From positions 1-64,000 of the forward strand of contig JAUCBJ010006471.1 in NCBI GenBank assembly GCA_032718475.1: a DNA stretch of 64,000 nucleotides, in the 5' to 3' direction. The position numbers and the translations under genes were made by a program. Origin of the DNA: Nemertoderma westbladi (taxonomy: Eukaryota > Animalia > Xenacoelomorpha). The first letter of the stretch is position 1; each line of letters begins with the position of its first letter. The notes beneath the pieces were generated by a model. The model was not told the origin of the DNA, did not search any database, and worked only from the letters and a program-made list of their open reading frames with translations. Of this stretch, positions 35,814 to 50,206 are shown piece after piece.

Positions 35814-35945
35814 CATGGGTGTCAAATCGATATCGGGATGACCTTCAGGTGGTGGAATTGCAACTATACTACCCTTTGTTTTTGTAGTTTCATCATTTCT
35901 CGTCTTCTCATTCAGTTCGTTAAAGATACAACAATGATATGGATA
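35814..35945 (-). CDS. rk: Type-B LGR exon, hinge start (YPYHCC motif)
   Basis: ttttttag|TAT...ATG|gtaagt. Translates YPYHCCIFNELNEKTRNDETTKTKGSIVAIPPPEGHPDIDLTPM; YxxHCCxF is the LGR hinge signature. Confidence 0.85.
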
Positions 35946-36779
35946 CTAAAAAAGAAACACATTACACCATGACCTGTAATATAGTGTCATTTTCTGATGA
36001 CACGGACACCACCCAATTTTTTCTACAAATTTTGTATATTGTCAATAAAGTGCGATTTAAAGATATAGCAAACAACTAATATCTACGAAACTGAAAATCA
36101 GAATGTATTCTTTATGTATGTATTGGGTATTTGCAATGTGCAGAACATGAACAATGGTAATGGAGTGATACATGGCAAAGGTTTCACCCATGGAATACTA
36201 AATATACACGGAAGGACAAATGTGTCATACCCCTGGAGGCAATCTTTTTATTTTATAAAACGATAGATATGGATGACAGAAAACCGCTGCTAAATTTTTT
36301 TCGAAATCTGTCATGCCGTTTTTGAGATATAGCATTTTATATAACGCTCCCACGGCCTACTATATACACGGCCTAATAAGCTGAACTTTGAGGCCATTCT
36401 GAAAGAGACCAGTTTTTTTTACAACAATTTGATATCTTGATATAATTCTTTAATTTGACTGAATTGAAGTCTCCTCGTTAAGCAAGATACTAAATTATAT
36501 GGTAGCTAGTGTTTTAGGTAGCTTTAGCTAGTAATTTTGACAAAAACGTTTTTTATTGATTTAAACACGTTTTAGAACGATGCCATGCGTTTTAAATATG
36601 ATCCAGATTTTTTTCAATAAAATGTTCTAGAACAAAAAACATTTGTTCTAGAACTTATTTCTTTTTTAGAAATGAATAGCTAACATGTTCTGGAACATTT
36701 TCGATACGAATAGTAATAAGAACTAGCTACTACAAAATATTTATAGAAGGAAGTAGGATGTCAGAACCAGATGTTTGCC

Positions 36780-38830
36780 AAATGTTTGGAATTTTACAGT
36801 GGACATCACAACAGATTATAGATTCTAGATTAACCGGTACATCAGACAACAAGTTGTCTAATCTATGCTGATAATTTTCAATATTCGAGCTCCGAGTTTT
36901 TTCCCACTTTGGGTGCGGGATGTTCTATTTTCCACTTTTGGTATAACATTTAGGCTCAAATAAATTGGAAATACTGCACGAAAAAGACAGGCATGTGGTC
37001 ATCAGATTTTAGATCATAATTTACAGATACGGAAGCACCAATGATATTATCATGGAAACTTTTTGTACAAATAAAATGGTCTAACCAACTGACCGTACCA
37101 TGAATGTGACTTGCATACGTAAATGTGTTACCGGGCAAAAACTTAATGTCCGAGCAAATAAGATTAGAAAATTCACAAAATTGTAGCATTTCAGCACCAA
37201 AGCACCGATTAGAATCATCCTTAAACGGATCGGCATTAAAATCACTGATAATTATAGACTGACTGCCGGGATGATCTGCAATGCAAGAATTGCATTTGCC
37301 CAATAATTCTAAAAACAAATCAAGATTATCATGCGAGTCACAGGGCATGTAAATATTTAAAAATAATACACTACCGATACATAAACCCATTATTCTAGAA
37401 TAATCTAGGTCAAACGATTTTATATTGTTTGAACCCTATGCCCCCAGTGACTTTTTCCATAAAATCGCCAAACCCCCGTGTGGCCTACCTAAAAGAGGTT
37501 CGTCCTGTAAGTCAACAGAAGATATGCCAATGCCATAAAAATCACAGTGAATCGAGTTTAGCTTAAACAAGTCTTGTTTGTATAACCAAGTTTCTTGTAA
37601 AAATACCACATCGTGTGAATTCACAATGTTTTGACATAATCAATGTGGCTGTTAAGCCCTCACAGTTAAATGTAGATAGTTTGAGTGTATTTGTATGCGC
37701 CATTATGAATTAGATGTAGCACATATTATATAGTCCTATATTATATTATAAAGTATTAAAAGTAAAGCAAATCACAAACAAATCAAGCAGGCGGGTACAA
37801 GGATACGGGCCGGTGACTGGCCTGTGCATGCTCCCGCGCCCGTGCCGGAGAGTCTCTGTATACACTATCAGGCATCCAAAAGCATTTCACCAAAATGTCC
37901 TTGGGCCACGTACTCGGGTCGATCAGTTTCGCAAACATTGCATCATCTTTCGGATCGATAATAAAGGAGTTATACCCTCCAGAGTATAACTGCCTCGTGT
38001 TTCGAGAAATTACCATTCCAGTCTGTTCGTGCTCCTGGGAGAGAAAATCCTTTAAATCAGTTTCCGTTACTTCAGTAGCGAAGCGAGAAACGAATATTCG
38101 TTTATTCTTGAATCTCGGTTGTCGTACAGCCACTTTGAGAGAGGAAAAATCGCCGGTTCCTACAGTTTCAGGTCGCGATCGTCTTTTCTTAGTAGCGACT
38201 CTAAAGTCATCCTCCAGGTCGTCATCCATGCGAGAAGGTACCACAGCTGGTTGACTGGCTGAGAGACTGCCCGAACCGTTACGTTCAGACTCCCCGCCAT
38301 GTGGTGGTGGAGGATAGCTCCCCGGTTGCCGACTCAGATCCGGGTAATTGTCATCGTCAAGACTAGATAACGGACCATAGCGGTTCAATTGCGTAATAGT
38401 CGAGCATAGCTGCCTTCAGGACTGCAACATAGCAGTTCAGACCTAACCAAGGGACGACTTTCAGCGTCCTCAAAAATGGTGTCGTCAAGAGCACCAGAAG
38501 ATAGAGTAGCAACTCCGTCACTCGATGTGATGACAACCGAGTCATTAAATGAGGCGACTCCAGCCCCCGGAGTATTGCCTGCATTAATGACTGGCAGTTG
38601 CTCCAGATTCGTATTGTTGACGCCAATACACATATTAGTACTCATATTACTCGAATTGGGAGTAAGAAACTCCCCCCTTTTCAAATTACAGCTATGGCAG
38701 TAAATAATAGCATCAATGGTTTTAAAAGCAGTAACAGCAGACAGTGATAGGCCTACTTGTTCTGTTTCCTTACAGTCTGTACATATCCTTTCAGCCATTG
38801 CAGCGACCCGTACCGTTTTACACCGTTATT
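36780..38830 (-). mobile_element. 5' part of a CR1/L2-group LINE (ORF1 plus APE endonuclease), frameshifted
   Basis: ORF1 (38798-37783) has CxxC/CHSC and an RRM-like IFVSRF...YNSF...WP segment. ORF2 from ATG 37703 has STFNCEG, LQETWL, GRPHGGLAILW, DFNAD, WLDHF and SDDHMP. Confidence 0.85.
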
Positions 38831-38835
38831 TTTTG

Positions 38836-40498
38836 TTAATAATAATAATAATGCTTCTGGAGTATTTCACGCCATATTGACTTCGCTTGTTTAAAGATTC
38901 CAACATCAAGTGGTTGTAGAAGGTGACTGCAATGAGCTGGCAGGCAAAGCAAGGATACCTGCGAATCCCTTGCTAATTCTACGACCTGGAGAGAAACATG
39001 GCTCATGTGACCATCATAGATCATCAGCAATGGCTTGGGTATATCTTTGGTACGTTTTATAAACTGTTTCATGAACTGTAGGAATAGATTACTATCCATC
39101 CATCCACTTTCGCTGGTTCCATACAATGTTCCATTTGGACCTCCTTCGGTCCATTCATCAAAAAGACGATTCTTAGCAGCATAAACAACGAAAGGGGGGA
39201 AGTTTTGCCCTGCTGCACTCACAGTTGATAGAATGGTGTATTGTTCTTTCCCAGAACCAGGAACTATATTTACAGGGTTTTTCGCCCCTCGCTTACAGAT
39301 AATCTTGGTAAGTTTTGGGTTAGTACACAAACCACTTTCATCACAGTTAAATATACGTGCTGGCTGTGTCAAAAGATTTAGCTTATCCAGTATCGAATAA
39401 AGTAGTTTGAACCACGCAGAGACGACTGTCGCATTACAAGAAAGTGCTCTCTGGATAATGAGCAACTCAGGCTTACATATGCTTAATGTACTGCTCCATC
39501 GCTTACGGAAACCGATGTACCATTTCCTTCGGTCTTCCATCAGGAAAAGCGTTCCCTTTTCCAATTTTACAAATATAATCCTCGACAATCTCAAGAAAAG
39601 AGGATTTGATTAAAGGAAATCCAAATTCCGAAAAGGAAAGTACGACATATACGAGCTCCTGTTCTTCAACTTGTGTTAAGTATGTTGGTCGTCCTGAACC
39701 TACTTTTGAGCAGTTTATTCCAGCAACATGGTGGGCTATAGTGGAACGAGGAACTCCAAATTGTTCTGCAGCACTATATGAAGAGAGTTTATTTTCCTTT
39801 ACAGCAGCTATTGCTGCTGCTAGTTTCACCTTATCATAAGATTTTCTCCCTCCTGAGACTGGTATGTACTTCCGTGGCATTACTGCATTAGGCTGACTTC
39901 AGTTATAACTTGAATTTATATAAACAAAACAAACACCAATCAGCCAATACTATATTCAATAGTAGGACTAGCCTCCGACAGACCAACCCTAATGCCTAGC
40001 TTACCTGCCTACTGGTACCGGTATCCATTTAATATTTTTTTATGAAATATAATGTAGTAGTTAATTTTACCCCATATCTTGAAAAATTCACGGGAAAAAT
40101 GAACTACTTTTTACATTAAATTTTTCTGTTGACCTAAAACTCCAAGTACAAAAATAATGTAACCAACTGGATGTCTCTTTATTAAACTTTTAGTTCATAT
40201 ATGAAACATTTGTTAACTCTTTTACTTACTTCTTCTATGAGCCAAATACAATTTTGGGTCAAGAACCTCAACAATGCCAAATTTAGAGGTTTTGTGAATT
40301 CTGACAACTTGTGGCCACACTGTTTTGTGTTTGGTAGATAATATTGTGTCAAAATACTATGGAAGTGTTAGCCAGATAAATTAGCAATATTTTAATATGC
40401 CTTTAATTTCATACACATTTGTTGTTCAACCGATAATCACCGTCAAAGTTTTTAGTTCAATTTACCCCATAGTTCATTATACCCCGTACTACCCTACT
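38836..40498 (-). mobile_element. pogo/Tigger-like DNA transposon, 3'-truncated, one frameshift
   Basis: psq/CENP-B HTH (39503-39880); DDE_1 motifs IFNCDESG, IYDGHMSH and HLLQPLDVGIF; terminal gtagggtagtacggggtataatg next to TA. Confidence 0.9.
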
Positions 40499-41013
40499 AT
40501 ATATAGTACGCCATGGGAGCATTATATAAAATGCTATATCTCAAAAACGGCACGACAGAAATAATTTTAATACTCGTATGTTATACCTTAAGTTGGTCAG
40601 TGATAAGTAAAAATTCCGAAAGTACTACAAGATCTTTACAAGTTACAACTAACCCGAGGTATCTTTGCATTAAACGTCTTGTTTGTGGCCCCCTTTGCAG
40701 GCTTAGTTATTCGGGTTGTTCTGGTAAGAATAATATTTTGCACTGACCCCCCACCCCCCTCCACTACCCACCCAACTCCCCCCCCCCCCCCCCCCCCTCC
40801 ACTACCTACCCAACCCACCCAACCCCCCCCCCCCCCCCCTAAGATATATGCGATGAAAGATTGCAACAAGTATCGTTCACTGAAGGCCATTTATTCTATT
40901 AATTTATACATAATGTTCCGAAACATTTTGTTTTTGTATGAACAGCTATGCAAGAGATAATGTATAGATAGGCATACCGTTGTTCAAATAAATAATAAAC
41001 ACTGAATGATAGA

Positions 41014-41193
41014 GTAGAGTACATCGGGGCCATTGTGACACATTTTGAGGTAATTCCTTTTTCAGTTGAAGGGTGAGATAAAATAACGATATGATGTGAT
41101 TAATAAAAACAATCTATATTGTATACATCTTATATCTATATAGAAACAAGCTGGTCCACACTTTGAATGTCGGAATTGCCCCATATACCCTAC
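41014..41193. mobile_element. Small pogo-type MITE
   Basis: Imperfect TIRs gtagagtacatcggggc / gccccatataccctac, resembling the neighbouring pogo end. Confidence 0.45.
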
Positions 41194-41369
41194 TCTGCGC
41201 ACACCACAGTACAGTGAGAATGTTATAACTATATTGGGGTTATATTTTACAGTTACAAATCCGATTCTTAAATTTTCAGCTCAACGAAAGTATTGATTTA
41301 ACATTGAATCATAGGTGTAGCATAGTACAGTATATTAGTCAAAACAGTAGGTCTAGTTTTATTATTAAT

Positions 41370-42215
41370 TTAATTATTTGATTCAAGTACGAACAGGTCT
41401 CCTGCAACTTGTTTTTTATTACAAATGCTGATCTTTAAGTTATGTTGGGCTATCTCCGTTAGAATTTTGATTAGTTCAGTTTCGGCAATATATTTCTCCA
41501 ATTCGGCCAACAACGCTAATACATGTGCATCATCTACGGCCATGCGAGCCTTCTTTGCTTTTCGTTGATCCCCAGAGCCATTGGTTGGCGGTAGATTTTG
41601 TGCTCTAGGGCGGATGGTATTGGTTTCTGGCATTGGTCTAGTTACAGGGTTACAGCAGCTTATCTCCTGATCATTCCTTGATCCCTGATCATTTGTGTCC
41701 AATAATATCGAAACAGACGAAGTATCTTGTGAAGTACTATGAATAATATCATCGAGTTCTTCACTATCTATTGTCTATATCTATCTATCTATTCACTATT
41801 CTCTTTTCTATCAACATTAAGAACACGGACCGAATTGGTCACAGAGCCTGGAATGCCGCTAACCACAACATCGGGTAAAATGTCATATATTATAACTTCC
41901 ACCCACTTTGGAAGACCCGCGACTGGACCTCCACCACTATGGTTTATCTTATGGATGTGCACTCGGTTTAAAACTTTAACACGATATACAAGATCATTGT
42001 ATCGGGTGCGGGCGTATATGTAGGAATCGAAAGTTCCTGGTGCGATAGCATTTATTTGCCCTGTAATTTCTTTCCACACTCTTGTCTGTTCTTCCTTCTT
42101 ATTGGCGTGTTGCATTATATATTTTTGTTCTTTATACAGATTTAAAAAGAAGAGTTTCGTCACTTCGTCTAAGTTCTTATTTCGGGAACCTCGTTGTTGT
42201 GGAATTTCGACAACT
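41370..42215 (-). pseudogene. Myb/SANT-like DNA-binding protein (Harbinger ORF2/NAIF1-MSANTD type), frameshifted
   Basis: RNKNLD...K...VWKEITGQINA...ARTRYNDL...K...SGGGP...VSGIPG. The frame breaks at a (TAGA)n-like tract near 41765-41790 and resumes into ORF 41370-41702. No adjacent transposase seen. Confidence 0.7.
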
Positions 42216-42656
42216 AGGCTATATAAACAACTACTTCACTTAAAAATATGAAATCTAACTAAAACTTCACAATAACCAAAACTAATACTTCTCAAAATGG
42301 AAGTTTAGTAGCTGATCTGAAAAAAATACGAAATCATATACTATTGTGGCACTAAACTATATCCATTTCTATAACTACGTTGACCAACTTTGATGAATCA
42401 ATTAGTTCCTTCCACAGCATATTTTTAGAAATTTTTTTCTCATTCGATTTGTGGTAGCTATTAAATTTTGTATGGTAACTAGTAGGGATGTCCCGGAATC
42501 GATATACAGCGAACAATGCGGGATGGGTAGATTAGCACTAGATGGACATTTTTTTTTGTCAGTTCACTGTAAATTGTTACTGGTACTAGTGTTGCCCGTG
42601 TCACCATTATTCTGCCTTTCATAATAGCTGTTTTTGGTTTGACATCCAAAAATATC

Positions 42657-43949
42657 GGTACTAGTGTGCACACCCCCCCCCCCCCCTCAAATTTTTTATA
42701 CTAGCTAGTTTTTATTCCTTTTTTTAAAATGTTCTAGAACCGTATTATCTATTCATTTAATATAAACGTTTTGTTCTAGAACAAATATTTTTTGTTCTAG
42801 AACAAAAAATAGAAAAAAACTAGCTAATTTGTTTATCTTTTTCATTTTTTATTGTATGTTATATTTGTATAAATTTTTTTAACTAGCTAGTTTGTGTTTC
42901 CTTTATTTAAAAAAAATGTTCTATAGCATATTATTTATTCATAATATAAAAATTTTGTTCCAGAACAAAAAAAAAACAAAAAAAACGGTTGATATATGTT
43001 TTATCACTTTCCTTTACTACCGCTATGGTGACTAGATTCTAGAACACAATTATTGTGGCAAAATGTCTTTAGGCAAGTTAAATTTGCGTGAATTGGTGCT
43101 ACGTACAAGTACTGTAGCTGATTCATTACAGCTATGCAGAGACAATTTTCTGTTGACAACCAGCAGTACTTGTTTGTGTGGTAGTGATATGAAACTTCGG
43201 GCGACGAAGCGCTGCAAGGATGGAGAAATTTGGCGTTGCCCACGTCCCTGCCTGAAGGAGAGCACAATAAGGAAAGGTTCTTTTTTCGCTGGAAGTAATT
43301 TACCAATAAGTACACTTCTTGAATTCTCGTACTATTGGGCCTATGAAGAAGTGTCCATGGAAAAGGCGAGGCGGGAATTCGGAATGAGCGACCACACCAC
43401 TGTTGATTGGAAGAACTTTCATCGAGATATTTGTGCACAGTCGTTATTAAACAATTCAGCAAAAATTGGTGGTAGTGGGCACATTGTGGAGGTGGATGAG
43501 ATAGTACAATTGTATAAATGTTAAGAAATTGAGAGGGTGTGGGGGTATACTGCAGAAGTACCAAAAAAACTAGCTAATTTGTTAATTTTGTTAATCTTTT
43601 ATTCTATGTTGTCTTTGTATCACAAATTTAATAAATATCACTAGCTATAATGAAAATTTGTAGTTGTTAGTAATTGTTTTTAACACTTACTAATCAAATA
43701 AAAAACACCACAAAATATATTTTTTTAATGTTCTATAACATTTTTTAAAAAAGTATGAAGAACTAGCTTTGATAACTTCAAAAATACCGAATTAATTAAT
43801 TTTGTTCTAGAACAACAATTGTTTGTTCTAGAACAAAATTAATGAAAAAAAATAAATAGACAATATGTTATAGAACATTAAAAAAAAGTATCAAAAACTA
43901 GCTAGTATAAAAAATTTGAGGGGGGATGTGCACAAAACACACTAGTACC
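42657..43949 (+). mobile_element. Merlin (IS1595/ISXO2-like) DNA transposon, internally deleted
   Basis: ORF 43063-43524 has CLCG..M...DG..WRC...C...STIRKGSFF...DW.NF.RDIC...KIGGSGHIVEVDE. Long TIRs GGTACTAGTGTG.../...CACACTAGTACC; 9-bp flanks aaaaatatc / aaaaatatg. Confidence 0.88.
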
Positions 43950-44875
43950 AAAAATATGAAAATACCAAAAAAATACCAAAACTACAAAACAAAACATAAT
44001 GTTTTCGGCTATTGATTTATGTTCTTGACATATTTTGGCGATGTGAAAAAAAAAATGTTTTAAAGAAAATGAAAACAAATGTTTATGGTAGCTATTGTTT
44101 TCAATGGTATGTACTGTTTTAATAATGTAGCTAGTGTTTTTTTAAATACCACAAAATCTTTATTTTTTTATATGCCATTTCATTGCTAAATTCTTGGCAC
44201 AAATCCTACTGTACTTTAAATGCATCTTTGCAATAAACAATGGGCCTTGTTTTGCGTCGCAGATCCATCTTTTGAAATAAACGGCGAAGTGAAAATAGTT
44301 GAAGTATCATATTATTCTATATACATGCAAAGTTTACTGAAAAGTAGTCGTAGCTTTTGGAAGGAATATATATATTTTCCAAAATTGTGAAAAAATAGAT
44401 AATTAAAAATGTAAATTATAGTTATAGTTCAACTAAATTGTGATTAATGCTGATTGTATTGAGATTGCAGCTGAAGATATTTTTACTACGTCATAAATTA
44501 CAGGGATTATCTTTAAAGGAATCTCTGAATGGGGATCCATAATTGCAATCGAAAAAGTGCGAATCCACAATCTAATCCAAAGTAATCTAAGTTTTGAAGC
44601 TTAATAAAACATCAATAAGCTACTGGATTTCTACCACCTGGCAGTTTTAGCTACAAAATATGTTTTATTTTTATAGCTAACAACTGCATAGTTTGGGATA
44701 AATAATTATTATTCTGGAATAATTAACTTGTAATGAATCAATTTCCGCCATAAAGAAAGATATCAAATAATGTATTCTTAACACAACACCAAAACACACT
44801 AAATAAATATTAGCTACACTATTTATTTTAGTTACTAAAGAGATTTATTGTATAGTAACCAATGAACATTTAGTG

Positions 44876-44901
44876 CTGCACGAGTGACGTCACTCGTGCA
44901 G
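44876..44901. repeat. Perfect 26-bp palindrome centred on TGACGTCA, probably inside a MITE
   Basis: ctgcacgagtgacgtcactcgtgcag. Confidence 0.8.
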
Positions 44902-45074
44902 TTTTCTGAAACAGCCTGATTTTTCGATGTTGCTAATTTTGCGTTTTAAAATCGCTATAACTCGGCCAATGTTTTTCTTTTTTAAGTAAAATTGCTCTCT
45001 GGGGTTCTTTTCACATGCTCTTTCACATGAAACCAACGAAAACTCGACAAAAAATTTCCAAGTCGTCTACCCCA

Positions 45075-46140
45075 TTGGAGTAAATAGGTAACCCCGGTTG
45101 ACGACATTTTGATATTTACGAGCCTCCACCAACTCAAGCCCCTCAGAGTAATGCCCTCATGTTGATTGGCTAGTGGAGATCTGGCTGGGGGCGAGATGAT
45201 CTACGACAGTTATGTCCAAGGTGATGGTTTTACCGTGACTCCAAGGGATGGGAGACATTCCATTAACATGTTTCTCATCGCAGCGGCATCAACTGGGCGG
45301 CTCGAGGATGGTGGGTAGACCTCACTTAACTGAATAAAAATTTACCTTGTGGATTGATTGGTAGTCCACGCATTCTGTTTTTCTGATGGAAGAAGATGAT
45401 GAAGATGCAGGGCTTCAGCAGAAACTGGGTCGAGCAGTAGAAGAGGTGCAGTTGTGGTGAACAGCGAGCTGCACTGCTGAACTCAAGGCGAAGCCACTCA
45501 GTCTGGCTGGGAGTGTGGCTTGGACCCAGGCATTGTCTCTGATGATGGTTGTGTTGGTGATGGTGATGTGATCTCTTGGTGTAAATTCTGGATGGTGGAG
45601 TCATACTTCTGGAGCAACTGGGGGATTGAAAACATGGGCCTGTGCAGAGGAAGTATATTAATTTTGGGATGGAGAAAGACTTCTGGAGGAGAACAAATGC
45701 ATGGTGGCTATCTAGATGAGGGAGCCTGCCATACATGATAAGGTCATTGACCTTAGGAAAGGCAGCTCTCCAAAGCATTTCGAAAGTAATGGGAGCTCCT
45801 AACATAACAAAAACATCATTGCTGGGTGTGAGGATGTTGGGGCAGATCTAATTAAACTTGGAAATGATATAGGCACGATCTGATGGGTCTATGTAACCAA
45901 GAAAGAAGAGTTCACATTTCGATGGGTTTATCCGAACACCTAGCTTTTCTTCCTCTATGATAATTAGCTGAAATTCACTCAGGAGTGTGGTGTACGTTCC
46001 TGTGAGATTCCCATTGTCTAAGTACCATACATTGAATGGCAAGCTGAGCTTATATATATGTTGATTGACCTCATCACTGAATAAATTAGAGGGCCACCCT
46101 GGGTCACCTTGATACAAACCCTCCTCAGACATTAGAACAG
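45075..46140 (-). mobile_element. Degraded CRE-like non-LTR RT/RLE fragment
   Basis: QGDP, WYLDNG, INPSKCEL, LGAPI and SIPKLIYFL; multiple frameshifts. Confidence 0.75.
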
Positions 46141-46329
46141 AGTCACTGTATATTATGTAGCTCGGGGAACCATAGGCTGAGTGGATATAATTATAATTTC
46201 AGGGTGGCGGGAAGCAACAACCCAATTTGAATAATCAATTTGAAATATAATAGAATAATTAAATAAATATATAAATAATATAAATGGTAATAATAAATTA
46301 TGCCCCCCCCCCCCCCCCTCCCCCCCTCT

Positions 46330-49300
46330 ATGCACTACTAGGTCGAAATGAGTGACTAGGTCGACAGTGGAAATGAGATCCTTCCAGGCTTCCCGATTCT
46401 CCATAGTTGTCGCAATTTTGATTCTCCCAAGTTCAGTATCCCTTTCAAGCTGGTCTATATATGTTATAGCATGTCATCCACAGGTGCACTTTCCTTGAGT
46501 TGGTAGCCAGAAAACTAGATCTGGTATGACCTTGTCTGTACTTCTCCAGCAGTGCCCACTGAATCTTAATCTGCATTCACAGATGGTGGATGATACAGGT
46601 GGAATTGTACCATAGACCTCGGCGTTTGTCATGTGTTGTCTCCAGCTGATGTTTCGGGCTGCCCTTATTAGTCTTGTGTAGCAACTATCAATTCGATGTT
46701 CAAGTGATTTCATGAGTGTCCAGGTCTCACCTCTGTATAACAGTACACCTTCCACTGTGGCTCGAAAGAACTTAGTCTTCAGGTGCCTGGATAGATCTGA
46801 TTTCCAGATGGTATCCATTTTTATTATAGCTAACCACACATTTGCTTACCTAACTTCTATGTCTTTTTTGCTACGAGCTAACCATGCATTTGCTTTCCTA
46901 ACTTCTATGTCTTTTTTGCTACTCTCTATCTATGATCCAAGGTACTGGAAGTCGTCAACCTTCCTTAGTTGATTATTATTAATTGTTGTTGCCAAGTTTC
47001 CATCAACATTAAAACTCATGGATTCGCTCTTGGTAGCATTTATATGCAATCCAACCTCCTTAGCAGCCCTCTCCACTTTATTCAGTAGAAGCTGTGCATC
47101 TGCTAGTGTATTAGAGATCAGTGCGATGTCATCCGCAAAGTTGGTATCTGCAAATATAGTAGCCGGATATCTACTACTTCTGCGTTCTTGAAGTGTGAAT
47201 CCCAGTTCACCCTTTGTGGCTGTCCTCATTGCGTAATCCAGTACAATTACAAATAGTAATGGCGCAAATGTGTCACCTTGGAGTACACCAGCCAGGATTG
47301 AAAAGAACTCAGTTTCACCATCTTGTAAGAGTATCTGAGCTTGTGTGTCGCAATATAATAATCCAATGCCAGTCACAATTACCTCTGGTATTCCATAAGC
47401 TCTTAGGATTTCCAGCATTTTACCTCTATGGATGGAGTCGAATGCTTTCTTGAAGTCCACAAAAGTCAGGACTGCAAGGAGATTCTTTGACATAATTCCC
47501 CAATAAGTCCCATAGTGAAGTATGTGAGCTATTGTTGGTCGAAATCCGTTTTGGCTCTTATGCAGCAGTTTCTCTATGTGAGGTCTAATTCTATATAGAA
47601 TCATTTTGTTGTATATTTTGGCAGCTACCACAAGCAGACAGATCCCACGATAGTTTGTTGGTATATCGAGGTCTCCTTTCTTAGGGAGAGGCTTTAGTTG
47701 ACGTTTAGTCCAAATTGGTGGTAGCATTTCCCCTTTCAGCATCCAGTTGCAAACATATAATAATGGTCTGTTTAGCACTCCTATTTTCCATACCTCTGCA
47801 GAGATTTCATCTACTCCACTCGCTTTAAGATTGGATATGCTTTTAATGCTTCTTTGGAGTTCAGCAGGTGTGATGTCCACTGTTTCTATTTGTAGCACCT
47901 TGTCATATATTTTCCTTGTAGGGCTGACCTCGATGTTTGGTGGCTGCCCAAGCAAGTTGTTAAAGTGATCATTCCATTTTCCAACATATTCTTCAGGACT
48001 ATCAGGTTTGAGGCGCCCCTTAGCACAACGTTTTCCTACCAGATACCTCATTTACAGTTTCCCAGGTAAGTCTTAATTGTTGCTGAATGTGAGCAGTTGT
48101 AATTTTTTCAATTTTATCCTGTATGTCCTTCTCCTGGCTGATGTTATAGGCCAATTGTTATTGTTTTCGGTTGTTGGTTGTTTGATTTTTACTTTGTAAG
48201 CTATCTTCTCTCTTACACTATGGCACATACTCTTTTCGTTTGGATTTCTGGAGAATATGCCTCTTCGCTGATTCCTTGTGGGATTTTATTGTATTCTGGT
48301 ATATTGAATCGGTAGACTGGTCTTCATCCATGACTGAAGTATTTCTAAGCGGTTTTAACTTCTACTGTGTAAGTATCCTTTACTGCATTATCAGTTCCGA
48401 GTTACTCCCAGTCATAGTTGATTCGCTTGCTTGCCTGGGTATGCTGGCTCTCAAACTGAGTCTGATCTCTGCAGCACGATTCTGTGGTCCGAACCAATTA
48501 GGTTGAACGAGCTGTATGCCTCGCAGTTGATCATGCTGTTTCTCCACTTTTTGTTTATAAGGATGTAATTCAGTTGTGCTTTGGTTCCATTTGGGTATTG
48601 AAAGGTCCATAGCTTCCCCCTACTCTTTTCGAATGTGTTGTTTGTTGGTATCAATTCATACTCTTCCATTAGGTCGAAAAGTAAGTACCCATTTCTGTTC
48701 AAACTGGTGTTATAGGTGTAACCCTTGATGTCTTCTGGGCCAATTTGCGCATTTAAGTCACCAGCAATGACATTGTTTTGGAATGTTCTTTATAAGTCCA
48801 AAACTTACGTTGTGATTTATAAATGAATGAGATTTACAAGTCCTGGAATTTATAGTTGTTTATTTATAATTGTATAATTTGTAATTATAAATTGTATAAT
48901 GTTAATTTATAGTTGTTTAGAGAAATGGGCTTAGCAGAATTCCTACTCCACCAATTGATGCATTGGCCGAATTTCTTTCTGCTGAGCTTGTTACTAACGC
49001 CCATCCATTTCCAATGTCATAGTACTTCATGGCAGTGTCTTCATGGCAAATCCGATGTTCTTGGATTCAAACATTTCAACAGGTTAGTTCTTCTTTCTTC
49101 TCTGTCTTCTGTTCCAGCATCTGATTTTTGACCCCAGCCTGGTGTACCACTAAGGGACGCAGTCCTTTTTGATCCAGGCGACGACTGAGCCGGTATTTCT
49201 CCTGGGGAGTCCTCATACTCATATCTTTTAGTTGCGGGAGTAAACCGCTTGTGGTCGCAACTCCTACAAGCGTCTTCGAAGTAGGCCGCCGTTGGTTGAT

Positions 49301-49365
49301 TACCTTTCACTGACCTTGTCTGCATGGCTAGTCGTTGGTTGATTACCTTCCGCCTATCCGACTGT
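46330..49365 (-). mobile_element. Near-full-length RTE-clade LINE (5' UTR, APE, RT), inactivated
   Basis: EN remnants (GDLNA, NRNG, WTF, SDHR); RT motifs NYRGICL, FVDFKKAFDS, GVLQGD, FADDIAL and FQYLGS; ~48-bp internal duplication near 46830-46925. Confidence 0.92.
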
Positions 49366-49394
49366 AGGGGGGGGGGGGGGGGGGGGGGGGCTTT

Positions 49395-50160
49395 TTATGA
49401 CAACATTCCTAAACAAATTACTAGATGCACCAATCAAACAGTTGAAACTACTAGAGACATCACTATAACCAACTTTCTTAAGGAACACTTTGTTACTGTA
49501 GGTTCTAAACTAATTAGAGATATCCCAACAACAAATTGTTCCTATTCCACTTCATTTCCAACGTCAACCCAAATTATCTCCCTCTCACTGAAACCAGTCC
49601 CTTAGAAGTAGAATACCTATTGATAACCTCTAAACGCTAAATTTGTGACGGATGGCCCTTTCCCAGCTAAGTTACTATTACTACTACACTAGGTTGAGCG
49701 AGTTTGGACATATGTTACTTTATTTAAGCTACTATTACTTGCAGCCAAACTTGTATGCTTACATCTAATCAATTTGATTAATATATCACCATTAAGTTAG
49801 ATTTTATCCCGAATTCCTTAAAAATCGTTCTTCTCTCTTAAAAATCTGAAGATCCATCTGATGCAATAACTATAGGCCGATCTCGCTTCTTCCCGTTTTA
49901 ATGAAAATATTTAAACAAATAATTAATTCCCAGTTACTCTCATATCTAACCAAATACAAAATTGCAACTAATTAACGGCCCAAAATTTCGACCTCACACA
50001 CCTCAATTGAAAAAGTTCGCCAGGCCTTTGACAACAAATTTAATACATACGCGATATAAAAATACCTAAAGAAGGCATTTGATATAATTAACCACAAAAC
50101 ACTTATAAATATTTTTGCTAAAATTGCTAAGGCATTCACGGCCTTCTACAACTACTTACT
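49395..50160 (+). mobile_element. Degraded CR1/L2 RT fragment
   Basis: NYRPISLLPVLMKIFKQII (~49868-49925) and LKKAFDIINH (~50066-50095). Confidence 0.7.
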
Positions 50161-50206
50161 AGCTTTTTTTACATTTTTTTTCAAAATCCTCTCGACCCTT
50201 TATTAA

